Shown here: piece by piece, positions 26,851 through 36,196 of the stretch
Numbering within the stretch: position 1 is the first letter of the stretch
Layout: each line of letters begins with the position of its first letter
Source: an uncultured Actinomycetes bacterium
GTDB taxonomy: Bacteria > Actinomycetota > UBA4738 > HRBIN12
Length of the DNA: 64,000 nt
Direction of reading: 5' to 3'
NCBI GenBank assembly: GCA_963704725.1
Contig: OY969934.1
Span: 704,001-768,000, forward strand
Position numbers and translations under genes: made by a program
Notes under the pieces: generated by a model
Told to the model about the DNA's origin: nothing
Seen by the model: the letters and a program-made list of their open reading frames with translations, nothing else
Database searches by the model: none

Positions 26851-29040
26851 CTAGCCGAGCTCCCACGCCCGCCCAGCGCCGATGGGGGCCGGGGCGGGGG
26901 TGATGCGGAACGACGTGCCGTCCACCTCGATCACCCCGAAGTCCCCGGCGAAGTGCAGGCGGAGCTTCGGCGCGCACGTGCACGCCGAGAATCCGCAGCA
27001 CGGGCCCGAGCGGCAGTCCACCCGCTCCATCTCGGCGTCGATCGTGGCGCCGTGCTCGACGGTCGAGCCGACCAGGGCGGTGACCCGGCCGGTGGCGGGC
27101 CAGATCGACGGCGGGACGATCGTCCCGGCGTCGGCCACGATGCCCGTCTCGAACGTCAGCCACAGCGAGTCGTCCTCGAGGTTGGCCTCGTCGTTGGCCA
27201 CCTCGCTCGCCTCGTAGTGGAGGCGGTCCCGGCGCTCGTGGTCGTGCAGGTCGGTGATGGCGTGGAACGGCGTACCCTCCGGCGCCACCGGCTCGAGCTC
27301 GTCGGGGTCCGAGCCGAGCTGGTGTCGCAGGTCGTAGTCGATGAAGATCCCGACCTTGCCCTCGACCCAGCCCGCCGCCGTGAACTCGACGGGGCACTCC
27401 GGCGGTCCCTGGTACGTGCACTCGACATCGGCGTTCGCGGCGATCCGGCTGGACGCGTGGCCGGTGTAGCGGTTCACGTGCCCCGGGCACATGCTCTCGA
27501 GATCGATCTTCACGACGTTGGCCACGACCCACGCCGCATGGGCGGCCACCTCCGGCGGCTCCTCGTGCGAGCGGAGCTGCCGGTACGGTGCGACGTCCTC
27601 GGGCATGCGGGGCTCGCCGAGGCCCTGCATCCACGCCAGGTCCTCGGCCGGGCCGCTGCGCACCGCGGCCTCGACGCGCCCGCCCAGGCCGTGGGGTTCG
27701 AGCGCGAGCGAGGGGATCCGCAGCCGCGCGGACGGGGCGTCGGGGGTCACGCCCTCCTGTCGCCCCCGCGCCGCCAGCTCGCGCTCGGACACCGTGAGGC
27801 TCACGCTCACCGTGTAGACGCAGCACTCCCGCCCCCGGGCCGGGCGGAGCAGCCGGCGGCCGGCGTCGGTCCGGTAGTAGACGGCCCAGTCGCACGCCGC
27901 GTACTCGGGCTCCGGCGGGACCCCGCCCACCGGCGGGGTGGGTTCCTCGGGGGGCGGCCTCCCGCGCTCGCGGGTCGGACCGGAGGCGGGAGGCGGCGGC
28001 GTCCGCTCGCGCGTGCGGCCCCACAGCAGGAAGCCACCCAGGAGCGCCGCGACGATGCCGGCGGCGACCAGCATCCAGTCGAGGAGGTCCCCGTCCTCCT
28101 GGGCCACCTCGCCGACGCCGGGCACGAACGAGGCACGTGGCGAGGGCGAGGTCGACGCGGCCGCCGAGGGCGACGGCGTGGGCGACTCGCTGGGCGAGGG
28201 CTCCTCCTCGACCGCCTGCCGGAGCAGGGGCGTGAAGACGTCGACGGGCGGCGGCAGCGTCCCGCGCGGGTTCACGCCCGTCACCGAGTCGGCCGCGCCC
28301 GGGTCCTCGGCGTTCGCTTGGTGGAAGGTGTGGGCGTCGAACCCGATCACCGTGCCCCGGAGCGGGAACTCGGCGGCCGGGATCACGAACCACGCCAGCT
28401 CGCCCTGCCGGAGCACGAGGGCGTCCGTGTGGAACTCCTGGAAGGGACCCCCGGCGACCTGGAGGTAGACGACCGAGTCGCCGTCGGCGGTGAGGTCGAG
28501 CCGCCACGCCTTGTTCGTGTCGACGAACGGCGAGGCCGGGCGGGGGTCCTGGGCCGTGGGGAAGTCGTCGTCGTTCGCGAGCACGGCCAGCGTGAGCACC
28601 TCCTGGCCGGAGACCGCGGGCTCGGCGGCCAGGCGCATCCCCACGACGACCGTCCCACTCCGGAAGGGGCGGGTCGAGGTCTCGTACCGGGGGCACGACA
28701 CCTCCGGCCGCTCGCAGTCCAGCGCTCCGCCCGGCGAGAACAGGGCGTCGAACGACTCGCCGTCGATCGCGATCGCGAACTGGGTCTCCTGGACGAGATC
28801 GGCGAACGCCGGGACCGACCCGGGGGCTCCGCCTTCGAGGGTGTAGAGGTCGCCGGCCGCGTCGGGGACGTCTACCGTTTGCGGCGCCCCGTCCCAGGCG
28901 AACGCGCCGGCCGGATCCCCGACGAGCGCGTTCAGCGCGTCGACGAAGGCCGCGGACAGATCGACGGTCTCCTGCCCGGACGCGGGCGCCGCCGACACCA
29001 CGAGCACCGCGGCGACGAGCAGGACCCGGGCCGCCCTCAC
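26851..29040 (-). CDS. Large single-pass membrane protein of unknown function
   Basis: Signal peptide RAARVLLVAAVLVVSAAPASG, PS linker, TM helix, Cys-rich C-terminal domain; GTGA overlap. Confidence 0.75.
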   Translation of the reverse strand: MRAARVLLVAAVLVVSAAPASGQETVDLSAAFVDALNALVGDPAGAFAWDGAPQTVDVPDAAGDLYTLEGGAPGSVPAFADLVQETQFAIAIDGESFDALFSPGGALDCERPEVSCPRYETSTRPFRSGTVVVGMRLAAEPAVSGQEVLTLAVLANDDDFPTAQDPRPASPFVDTNKAWRLDLTADGDSVVYLQVAGGPFQEFHTDALVLRQGELAWFVIPAAEFPLRGTVIGFDAHTFHQANAEDPGAADSVTGVNPRGTLPPPVDVFTPLLRQAVEEEPSPSESPTPSPSAAASTSPSPRASFVPGVGEVAQEDGDLLDWMLVAAGIVAALLGGFLLWGRTRERTPPPPASGPTRERGRPPPEEPTPPVGGVPPEPEYAACDWAVYYRTDAGRRLLRPARGRECCVYTVSVSLTVSERELAARGRQEGVTPDAPSARLRIPSLALEPHGLGGRVEAAVRSGPAEDLAWMQGLGEPRMPEDVAPYRQLRSHEEPPEVAAHAAWVVANVVKIDLESMCPGHVNRYTGHASSRIAANADVECTYQGPPECPVEFTAAGWVEGKVGIFIDYDLRHQLGSDPDELEPVAPEGTPFHAITDLHDHERRDRLHYEASEVANDEANLEDDSLWLTFETGIVADAGTIVPPSIWPATGRVTALVGSTVEHGATIDAEMERVDCRSGPCCGFSACTCAPKLRLHFAGDFGVIEVDGTSFRITPAPAPIGAGRAWELG

Positions 29041-29633
29041 GGCGCCCCCGCCACCGGGGTCCCGCAGTCGGTGAGCCAGCGGTACCGCCCGTCCTGGAGC
29101 ACGACGTGGACGTCGGTCTCGACGAACGTCTCGCCGTCCTCGGTGAACCGCACCCGGACGGTGGTCGCGCCGTGGACGCGCCGGCGGACGTCGTCGGTCT
29201 CGTACACGTAGGAGCCGTCGCCCTGCACGGCGAGGACCTCGACCGCGTAGTCGGGCACGTCCAGGGCGCCCAGGGACGCCCGGCATTGCTCTTCGCCGTA
29301 CCGGTCGAGCACGAACGGATGGAGCCGGGGGAGCAGGAACCGGACGTCCCCATCGGCGAAGGCGCTCCCGAGCGCGGCGAAGAACTCCTCCGGCGTCTCC
29401 GCGGCCGGCTCCTCCGTGGGCTCGGCGGTCGGGGACGGTGACGGCTCGGCGGTCGGGGACGGTGACGGCTCGGCGGTCGGGGACGGGCTCGCGGCGGTGG
29501 TCGGGGAGGTGGGGGCGCCGCCCGCGGCCGAGGAAGTGCCGCCACCGCCGCCCAGCACCCCGATCAGGCCGACGACGATCCCTCCGAGGCCCGCGGCGAG
29601 CAGGACCACGCCCACCCCCCGCCGAGCCCCCAC
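29037..29633 (-). CDS. Membrane-anchored hypothetical protein with PSPSPTAE repeats
   Basis: N-terminal TM, Pro/Ser/Thr linker, globular C-terminal domain ending WLTDCG. Confidence 0.7.
   Translation of the reverse strand: MGARRGVGVVLLAAGLGGIVVGLIGVLGGGGGTSSAAGGAPTSPTTAASPSPTAEPSPSPTAEPSPSPTAEPTEEPAAETPEEFFAALGSAFADGDVRFLLPRLHPFVLDRYGEEQCRASLGALDVPDYAVEVLAVQGDGSYVYETDDVRRRVHGATTVRVRFTEDGETFVETDVHVVLQDGRYRWLTDCGTPVAGAP
29419..29486. repeat. 24-bp coding tandem repeat, about 2.8 copies
   Basis: GGCTCGGCGGTCGGGGACGGTGAC repeated. Confidence 0.85.
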
Positions 29634-29760
29634 CGAACCTCCCCCCGAAGGTTGGGCGGCACTATCCGTCGAGCTGGCCACCGAGTCAAACGCGTAACGG
29701 ACGCGCCCCTCGGGGCGGTACCGCAGAGTCCGGAGTCCATCGATGGTCGAGGGGGTCGTC

Positions 29761-30786
29761 ATGCGTCGTGCTCGAACCGTGTTCGTCATAGTCCCGGCTC
29801 TGATCGTGCTCCTGGGGGGGACGGCGCTGGCCGCCAAGCCCGGGCCGGGCACCAGCACCGGGACCGGCCGGGTCTTCTTCCCGAACCCGGTGGCGCAGCT
29901 CCAGGACCAGACGCTCACCGACCAGAACGACGCCGACTACGCGGCGCTTCAGCCGGCGTACGTCGAGGTCGAGCTGACGAACCTCGACGGCAGCGGCAAC
30001 CTGATCGGCGACTGGGCGAACATCCGGAGCTCGACGGGCCCGCTCGCGTACTCGGCCGACAACACCTTCCTGTACGACCGGCACGACGACCGGTTCGAGC
30101 AGGTCATGGCGTACTACTGGGTCACGCAGGCGCAGCTGTACATCCAGAGCCTGGGATTCGGCTCGACGCTACGCCCGGTCAACATGGAGTCGCAGGACGT
30201 CCGCATCAACACGTGGGGGCAGGACAACTCCTACTCGTGGGACAAGCACGACGTCCTGCGGTTCGGCAAGGGCGGGGTGGACGACGCCGAGGACGCCGAG
30301 GTCATCCTGCACGAGTACGGGCACGCCATCCAGGACTCGCAGATGACGCCGTTCGGCGGGTTCGGCACCTCCGCCGAGGCCGGCGCGATCGGCGAGGGGT
30401 TCGGCGACTACTGGGCGGTCACCGTCTCGAACGTCGTCGCGCCCACACCCGATCCGGCCTGCGTCGCCGACTGGGACTCGGTCTCGTACACGTCGACGAC
30501 CCCACACTGCCTGCGCCGCGTCGACGGGACCTTGATGTACCCGGCCGACCTCGACGGGCGGGTCCATCACGACGGGCAGATCTGGTCTCGCGCCCTGTGG
30601 GACATCCGGAACGCGCTCGGCCACGTGGTGGCGGACACGATCATCCTGGAGGCACAGTTCTCGTTCGCCCCCGACACGTCGATGCCGGCGGCGGCCGAGG
30701 CGACGGTGGCGGCGGCGGCGACGCTGTACGGAGCCGCGGAGGCGGCCGCCGTCCAGGCCGCGTTCGAGGCGCGGGGCATCCTCTGA
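29761..30786 (+). CDS. Secreted zinc metallopeptidase (M36/M4 family)
   Basis: Signal peptide; VILHEYGHAI, AIGEGFGDY, VH.DGQIWS.ALWD. Confidence 0.88.
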   Translation: MRRARTVFVIVPALIVLLGGTALAAKPGPGTSTGTGRVFFPNPVAQLQDQTLTDQNDADYAALQPAYVEVELTNLDGSGNLIGDWANIRSSTGPLAYSADNTFLYDRHDDRFEQVMAYYWVTQAQLYIQSLGFGSTLRPVNMESQDVRINTWGQDNSYSWDKHDVLRFGKGGVDDAEDAEVILHEYGHAIQDSQMTPFGGFGTSAEAGAIGEGFGDYWAVTVSNVVAPTPDPACVADWDSVSYTSTTPHCLRRVDGTLMYPADLDGRVHHDGQIWSRALWDIRNALGHVVADTIILEAQFSFAPDTSMPAAAEATVAAAATLYGAAEAAAVQAAFEARGIL

Positions 30787-30804
30787 CCGGTTTCGACGGG
30801 GCGT

Positions 30805-30825
30805 TGATGTCGTTTTCGATATCAT
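30805..30825 (+). promoter_or_regulatory. Imperfect palindrome overlapping a leaderless -10
   Basis: TGATGTCG-tttt-CGATATCA; TATCAT 6 nt before GTG 30832. Confidence 0.55.
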
Positions 30826-30831
30826 TTCCAC

Positions 30832-31146
30832 GTGGACGCGTCCTCGATCGTGCTCGGGGCTCGCGCCTCGGAGGGGTTGACCCAGCGCGAGCTGGCGCGA
30901 CGGTCCGGCGTGCCGCAGGCGGCGATCTCGCGTATCGAGCGGGGTCTCGTCTCGCCCAGGACCGAGACGCTGGACCGGCTCCTCCGCGCGTGCCGGCGAG
31001 ACGTCGAGCTCGTGGTCCGACCGGGCACCGGCCTCGACCGCACCCTGATCCGGCAGCGGCTTCGCCTCAGCGTCTCCGAGCGCGCCAACGCCGCCGTGCG
31101 GGACTGGGAGGGCCTAAGTCGGTTCCTGCGGGCGGCGGGGCGATGA
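30832..31146 (+). CDS. XRE-family HTH protein (putative antitoxin)
   Basis: GLTQRELARRSGVPQAAISRIERG..SPR.ETL.RLL. Confidence 0.85.
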   Translation: MDASSIVLGARASEGLTQRELARRSGVPQAAISRIERGLVSPRTETLDRLLRACRRDVELVVRPGTGLDRTLIRQRLRLSVSERANAAVRDWEGLSRFLRAAGR

Positions 31147-31646
31147 ACGAGTCCGCGTTCGATCCACTCTCGGCGCTGCGCACGCTCCTCGAGCACGACG
31201 TCCGCTTCATCATCATCGGTGGCTTCGCCTCGGCGCTTCGTGGATCGCCCGTCATCACCGGCGATCTCGACGTCTGCTACGCGCGGGACGATGCGAACCT
31301 CGAACGGCTCGCCGAAGCCCTTCGCGCGCTCCAGGCCAGACTTCGAGGCGCACCTCCCGACGTGCCGTTCCACCTGGATGCGCCGTCCCTCCGCGCCGGT
31401 GACCACTTCACGTTCACTACGTCGTCCGGCTCGCTCGATTGCCTGGGCACGCCCGCGGGGACGAACGGATTCGCCGACCTCGACGCCAGGGCGACGGGCG
31501 AGGTGATCGACGAGATGACGGTCCGTGTCGCCGCCCTCGACGACGTGATCCGGATGAAGCGGGCTGCCGGCCGGCCGAAGGATCTGATCCAGCTCGAGTG
31601 GCTCTCCGCGCTCCGGGACGAGATCGACGAATCGGGCCCGCGGTAG
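31143..31646 (+). CDS. Nucleotidyltransferase-like protein (putative toxin)
   Basis: VRFIIIGG.A..L.G....T.DLD, K.AAGRPKD; ATGA overlap. Confidence 0.8.
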   Translation: MNESAFDPLSALRTLLEHDVRFIIIGGFASALRGSPVITGDLDVCYARDDANLERLAEALRALQARLRGAPPDVPFHLDAPSLRAGDHFTFTTSSGSLDCLGTPAGTNGFADLDARATGEVIDEMTVRVAALDDVIRMKRAAGRPKDLIQLEWLSALRDEIDESGPR

Positions 31647-31665
31647 ACGCCGGTATCCTTCGGCG

Positions 31666-32739
31666 ATGGCCGACCTCGACCGCACCGACGCACTGGCCGA
31701 ACGCCTTCGGGCCGACTCCCAGGGCGCGCTGGAGCTCTTCGCGGTCTACCTGGGCAAGCGGCTCGGCCTGTACCGGGCGCTCGCCGAAGCCGGGCCCGTC
31801 ACCTCGACCGAGCTCGCCGAGCGGACGGGCATCGCCGAGCGGTACGCGCGGGAGTGGCTCGAGCATCACGCCGCCGGCGACCTGCTCGAGGTCGACGACC
31901 CCGCCGCCGAGCCGCTCGCCCGCCGGTACCGGATGCCGCCGGAGCACGTGCCGGTGCTGGCCGACGAGGACGACCTCCGCTACGGGGCCTACCGAGGGAT
32001 CGACATGGCGAGGGCCGCCCGGTCGCTGCCGGACCTCGTGGACGCGTACCGCGCCGGCGGCGCGCCGCCGCCGATCCCCTGGGAGCCGGAGGGACGCGCC
32101 GAATCCAACCGCACGGTCTACCTGAACCTCCTGGGAACCGAGTGGCTTCCCTCGATCGCCGACGTCGACTCGCGCCTGAGGGCCCACCCGCCTGCGCGCG
32201 TCGCCGACGTGGGGTGTGGGGTGGGGTGGTCGAGCATCGCCATAGCGCAGGCGTATCCGGACGTCCTCGTGCACGGATTCGACCTCGACGAGGACGCGAT
32301 CGAGGCCGCGCGCCGGTACGCGGCACGCGAGGGCCTGTCGAAGCGGGTGACCTTCTCGGTCTCCGACGCGTCGGACCAGGGTCTGGCCGGTCGCTTCGAC
32401 CTCGTCACTCTCCTGGAGTGCCTGCACGACATGTCGCGGCCCGTCGAGGCGCTCCGCGTGGCGCGCGAGATGCTCGCCGACGGCGGGACGGTCCTCGTGG
32501 CCGACGAGCCCGTCGAGGAGTCGTTCACCGCCGCCGCCCCGGACAGCGACCGGTACGCGTACGGATGGAGCCTGGTGGCCTGCCTGCCGTCCGCGATGGG
32601 CGACCCGGAGACCGCCGCCACCGGCACCGTGCTCCGCCCCGACACCGTGCGCCGCTACGCGTCGGAGGCCGGGTTCCAGAGCGTCGAGATCGTGCCGATC
32701 GAGACCGACTACTGGCGTTTCTACCGGCTCCACACCTAG
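31666..32739 (+). CDS. Class I SAM-dependent methyltransferase with N-terminal wHTH
   Basis: LGLY..L, ERYAREWL, VADVGCGVGW, ECLHDM..PV. Confidence 0.88.
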   Translation: MADLDRTDALAERLRADSQGALELFAVYLGKRLGLYRALAEAGPVTSTELAERTGIAERYAREWLEHHAAGDLLEVDDPAAEPLARRYRMPPEHVPVLADEDDLRYGAYRGIDMARAARSLPDLVDAYRAGGAPPPIPWEPEGRAESNRTVYLNLLGTEWLPSIADVDSRLRAHPPARVADVGCGVGWSSIAIAQAYPDVLVHGFDLDEDAIEAARRYAAREGLSKRVTFSVSDASDQGLAGRFDLVTLLECLHDMSRPVEALRVAREMLADGGTVLVADEPVEESFTAAAPDSDRYAYGWSLVACLPSAMGDPETAATGTVLRPDTVRRYASEAGFQSVEIVPIETDYWRFYRLHT

Positions 32740-32896
32740 CGGCCCGGCACCGACGTGGCCTGGGGCCGGGCCTCGTTCGCCGCGGCCGGACCTGGCGGTT
32801 CATCCGGTCCGGGGTCGAGGTCGCAGAATAGGCCTACGCTAGAGACGTGCTCCCGCCATCGGTCGACCGGTACGGCGGGGCAGATCGCCGTTTCGC

Positions 32897-33352
32897 ATGA
32901 AGCTGTGCTCGTGGCCCGCAGGGTGCGCGCAGGAGACCTCGAGCGACGCCGAGCTGTGCGAGTACCACAGGAAGCTCTCCGGTGGGCTCCTCGGCGACAG
33001 CGGCGAAGCCGACAAGGCGACGATGCGGCTGAACCTCAGGCGCGAACAGCGCTCCCCGGGTCGCCGACGCGCGCCGCGGCGGCCCCAACCCGTTGAGGAG
33101 GAGACGATGCGCAGCCAGACGATCTCGAACGAGCGCACGGTGTACTTCGAACCGCCGCACTACGCACCCGATGAGATCGACGCCGTCCTGCCCGACGGCA
33201 CGCGCCTGAAGTCCGCCTTGCAGCTCGACGGGCAGCGTCTCGGATTCGAGCGGGCGTTGCCTGTCGGAACGCTGATCCTCCTGGACGGCGTTCGCGGGTG
33301 GGTCGTGGGCTCGCCCCCGCCGGAAACCGGAGGCGAGCCACCGACCGCATGA
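32897..33352 (+). CDS. Hypothetical protein with N-terminal C-x5-C-x10-C-x2-H motif
   Basis: CSWPAGC...LCEYH; strong internal RBS and ATG at 33107. Confidence 0.5.
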   Translation: MKLCSWPAGCAQETSSDAELCEYHRKLSGGLLGDSGEADKATMRLNLRREQRSPGRRRAPRRPQPVEEETMRSQTISNERTVYFEPPHYAPDEIDAVLPDGTRLKSALQLDGQRLGFERALPVGTLILLDGVRGWVVGSPPPETGGEPPTA

Positions 33353-33370
33353 GCCGGCGAGACGCTCGGC

Positions 33371-33934
33371 TCAGCGAGCCTGCCGCACCTCGGTCTCGTC
33401 GTCTCGGTCGTTGAGCAGCTGGGAGAACAGCGCGCGGTAGTGCACGAGGGCCTGTCGCATGTCCTCGGTGCTCGCCGCGCTCGTGCCCACCCTTGAGGAG
33501 ATCCGGTTCGCCGCCCGATAGTGCTCGACGACCCGCGGGTGGTCGACGGAGACGTCGGCGGCCCGCCGCTCGAAGTTCTCCATCGGGTAGCCCCGCTCCC
33601 GCATGACGAGGATGACCAGCTCGTTCGCCTCGGCGAGCGCGACGGCGGGCTGGTCGACGAACCGAGCCTGCACGTCCTTCCACTGCTCCTCGCGGCGCCG
33701 GCGCATCGCCGGATCGAGCGGTCGGATGTCGAGCCCCTCCCGCCGCGCCCGTCGCTCGGAGAGCTCGGACTCGGCGGCCTTGCGATCCTCGCGCTGTTGG
33801 AGGGTTCGGTCGTACTCGGGACCGAACTGTTCGCGGAGCGAGGTGGTGCGACGTTTGTTCATGGCCGCCCAAGCGATCACGCCGATCACGAGGACGGCGG
33901 CGACGGCGATGATGATCCACACCAGGGCATCCAT
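33371..33934 (-). CDS. Conserved membrane-anchored hypothetical protein
   Basis: N-terminal TM; LRE.FGPEYDR, W..VQARFVD.P, RGYP, TEDMRQA.VHYR.LF. Confidence 0.8.
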   Translation of the reverse strand: MDALVWIIIAVAAVLVIGVIAWAAMNKRRTTSLREQFGPEYDRTLQQREDRKAAESELSERRARREGLDIRPLDPAMRRRREEQWKDVQARFVDQPAVALAEANELVILVMRERGYPMENFERRAADVSVDHPRVVEHYRAANRISSRVGTSAASTEDMRQALVHYRALFSQLLNDRDDETEVRQAR

Positions 33935-34018
33935 GGCGCACTCCTTCCCGCCGGCGAACGCGGTCGCGCTCGCCGCGGGACGTGTCTACCCGTCCGTACG
34001 TCCCCGCACACGTGCCGC

Positions 34019-34861
34019 CTATGCCGCGATCTCGGTCCCCTCGGCGGCGATCGAGACGCGCGCGGGGTCGACGTCCCACCCTAGGAGCACCCGCTCGCGC
34101 AAGGCCTCGACCTCTTCGTCGGAATGCATGGGATCGTGGTGGAACAGCACCAGCCGTTCCGGGTCGACGATCCGGGCGAACGCGGCAACGTCCGAGGCGC
34201 TCGAGTGGCCGAACCCGACCCGCGACGCGTACTCCTCCTCCGTGTACTGGCAGTCGTGGATCAGCACGTCCGTCCCCCACGCGAGCGCGGCCCCGGAGAT
34301 CCACTCTGGCGCGGCGGTCGCGAGGTCCGTGCCGAGCGCCGGCTCGTGGTCGGTGAGGTACGCGATCGAGACGCCGTCCGCCTCCATGCGGTAGCCGACG
34401 GTGATGCCCTGATGCTGGATCGAGGCCGAGCGCATCGTGGCGCCGCCGATCGTCCACGAGCCCTCGGGGGCGTCGTGGAACGTGACCATCGCCGGCACCT
34501 CGGACAGGTGCACGGGGAACAGCGGCGGTGAGAAGTACTTCGCCAGGCGCTCCTCGAGCGAGACGAGCGGCGAGGCCGGCCCCCAGATGTGCAGGTCCGT
34601 CCCCGCGCGCCAGATCGGCTCGAACACGCCGAGCCCCTCGACGTGGTCGACGTGCAGGTGCGTGATCAACAGGTCGATCCGCGGCGGCTGCTCCTCGACG
34701 AGCGCGTGGCCGAGGGCCCGCGCGCCGGTCCCGGCGTCCAGCACGAGCAGCGTGCCGTCGTCCAGGCGGACCTCGACGCACGACGTGTTCCCGCCGTAGC
34801 GGACGGTGTCGGATCCCGGCGCTGCGATCGTGCCCCTGCTGCCCCAGAAGCGGATGCGCAT
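34019..34861 (-). CDS. Metallo-beta-lactamase fold hydrolase (phosphodiesterase/RNase Z-like)
   Basis: FWGSRG, YGGNTSC, DAGTG, THLHVDH, TDHE, HDCQY, GHS, LFHHDP. Confidence 0.88.
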   Translation of the reverse strand: MRIRFWGSRGTIAAPGSDTVRYGGNTSCVEVRLDDGTLLVLDAGTGARALGHALVEEQPPRIDLLITHLHVDHVEGLGVFEPIWRAGTDLHIWGPASPLVSLEERLAKYFSPPLFPVHLSEVPAMVTFHDAPEGSWTIGGATMRSASIQHQGITVGYRMEADGVSIAYLTDHEPALGTDLATAAPEWISGAALAWGTDVLIHDCQYTEEEYASRVGFGHSSASDVAAFARIVDPERLVLFHHDPMHSDEEVEALRERVLLGWDVDPARVSIAAEGTEIAA

Positions 34862-34864
34862 CGA

Positions 34865-35272
34865 TCAGCCTTCGAGGTTCTCCCAGAAGAACGCGATCGC
34901 GCCGACCACGTCGCCCGCGTGGGCGAGCAGGGGGAAGGCCGTGGCCTCGATCTTGCGGGAGACGCCGTCGGCGCCGGTGATCGTCAGTGGTCCGTGCGAG
35001 GGCTGCCGCAGGTTCACGGCGATGCCGAGCGGCGTCTCGGACGGCCCGAGATGCTCGCCGCGCTCGTCCGTGGGGCTGAACAGCTTCGTGTACTCCTCGG
35101 CCGACATCCCGTGCCCCTCCATGAACGGTGTGCCGAGCAGGTCCTCGGCCGCCTCGTTGAAGAAGATCACGCGTCCCTCGGCGTCGACGAGGAAGACCGC
35201 CGTGGCCAGGCGGGAGGCGAAGTTCCTGGCCAGGATCAGGACCAGGTGTCGTTGCGGCGGCACGTCGTCCAT
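34865..35272 (-). CDS. Stand-alone PAS domain protein
   Basis: AVFLVD.EG.VIFFN.AAE.LLG, TAFPL, VVGAIAFF. Confidence 0.8.
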   Translation of the reverse strand: MDDVPPQRHLVLILARNFASRLATAVFLVDAEGRVIFFNEAAEDLLGTPFMEGHGMSAEEYTKLFSPTDERGEHLGPSETPLGIAVNLRQPSHGPLTITGADGVSRKIEATAFPLLAHAGDVVGAIAFFWENLEG

Positions 35273-35350
35273 GTGCGGTCGAGCCTACCCTGCCGCGCGC
35301 CGTCGGCCATCGGAGTAGGCTCCTGGTCCCGATCGCAGGAGGTGGAGAGC

Positions 35351-35725
35351 ATGCTGAAGGACGGACAGACGGCCGCGACGCTGGCGGTCTCGGACATGGC
35401 GCGGGCCAAGGCCTTCTACGCCGACACCCTCGGGTACACGGCCACGCGGGAGTCCGAGGGCGGGGTCCTGTTCCAGGCCGGGCAGGGGACGGCTTTCTTC
35501 GTCTACCCGTCGCAGTTCGCCGGGACGAACAAGGCCACCTCGATGAGCGTGAACGTGGACGACTTCGACGGCACGATCGCCGACCTGCGGGCCAAGGGCA
35601 TCACGTTCATGGACTACGACTTCCCGGGCCTGAAGACGGAGAACGGGGTTGCCGACACCCCGGACGGGAAGATCGCGTGGTTCGCGGACCCCGACGGCAA
35701 CATCATCGGCGTCACGAGCATGTGA
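35351..35725 (+). CDS. VOC/glyoxalase family protein
   Basis: VSDMARAKAFY..TLG, AWF.DPDGNI; GGAG RBS. Confidence 0.85.
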   Translation: MLKDGQTAATLAVSDMARAKAFYADTLGYTATRESEGGVLFQAGQGTAFFVYPSQFAGTNKATSMSVNVDDFDGTIADLRAKGITFMDYDFPGLKTENGVADTPDGKIAWFADPDGNIIGVTSM

Positions 35726-35732
35726 CGGCGGG

Positions 35733-36167
35733 CTAGAGCCTGTCCTCGCCGTGCTCGTCGGCGAAGTCCCAGATCCGGAGAACGCCGGGCACGAGCCGAA
35801 CGGTGAGCTCGTTGCCCCCCACCGACGACACGTACTCGCGGCCCTTCTCCGGGCCGATGTACCGGCTCGCGATCCGGACGGCGGTCTCGAACGCGTTCTC
35901 CTCGACGAAGGCCGCTTCCGCGCGGACCTCGACGCCCCGCATCGGCGGCGCGGACTCGGCGACCACGATCGAGGCTCTCGGATCCCGCCGCAGGTGGCGG
36001 ACCTTCACGTCGTTGGCCCCGACCCAGACGTTGAAGCCGCCGTCGCGCCACTCGTGCCACACCGGCGAGAGCAGCACGGTGCCGTCCCGCCGGGGCGTCG
36101 CCAGGATCGCGACGAGCGGCTCGTCCAGGAAGCCGGCGAGATCGTCCACGTTCAGGTTCGTTCGCAC
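35733..36167 (-). CDS. PPOX-class (pyridoxamine 5'-phosphate oxidase-like) oxidoreductase
   Basis: LAT.R.DG....PVW, K.R.LRRDPRAS. Confidence 0.8.
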   Translation of the reverse strand: MRTNLNVDDLAGFLDEPLVAILATPRRDGTVLLSPVWHEWRDGGFNVWVGANDVKVRHLRRDPRASIVVAESAPPMRGVEVRAEAAFVEENAFETAVRIASRYIGPEKGREYVSSVGGNELTVRLVPGVLRIWDFADEHGEDRL

Positions 36168-36196
36168 GTCGCCTCCTGCCTCGGGCCGGGGTCTCG

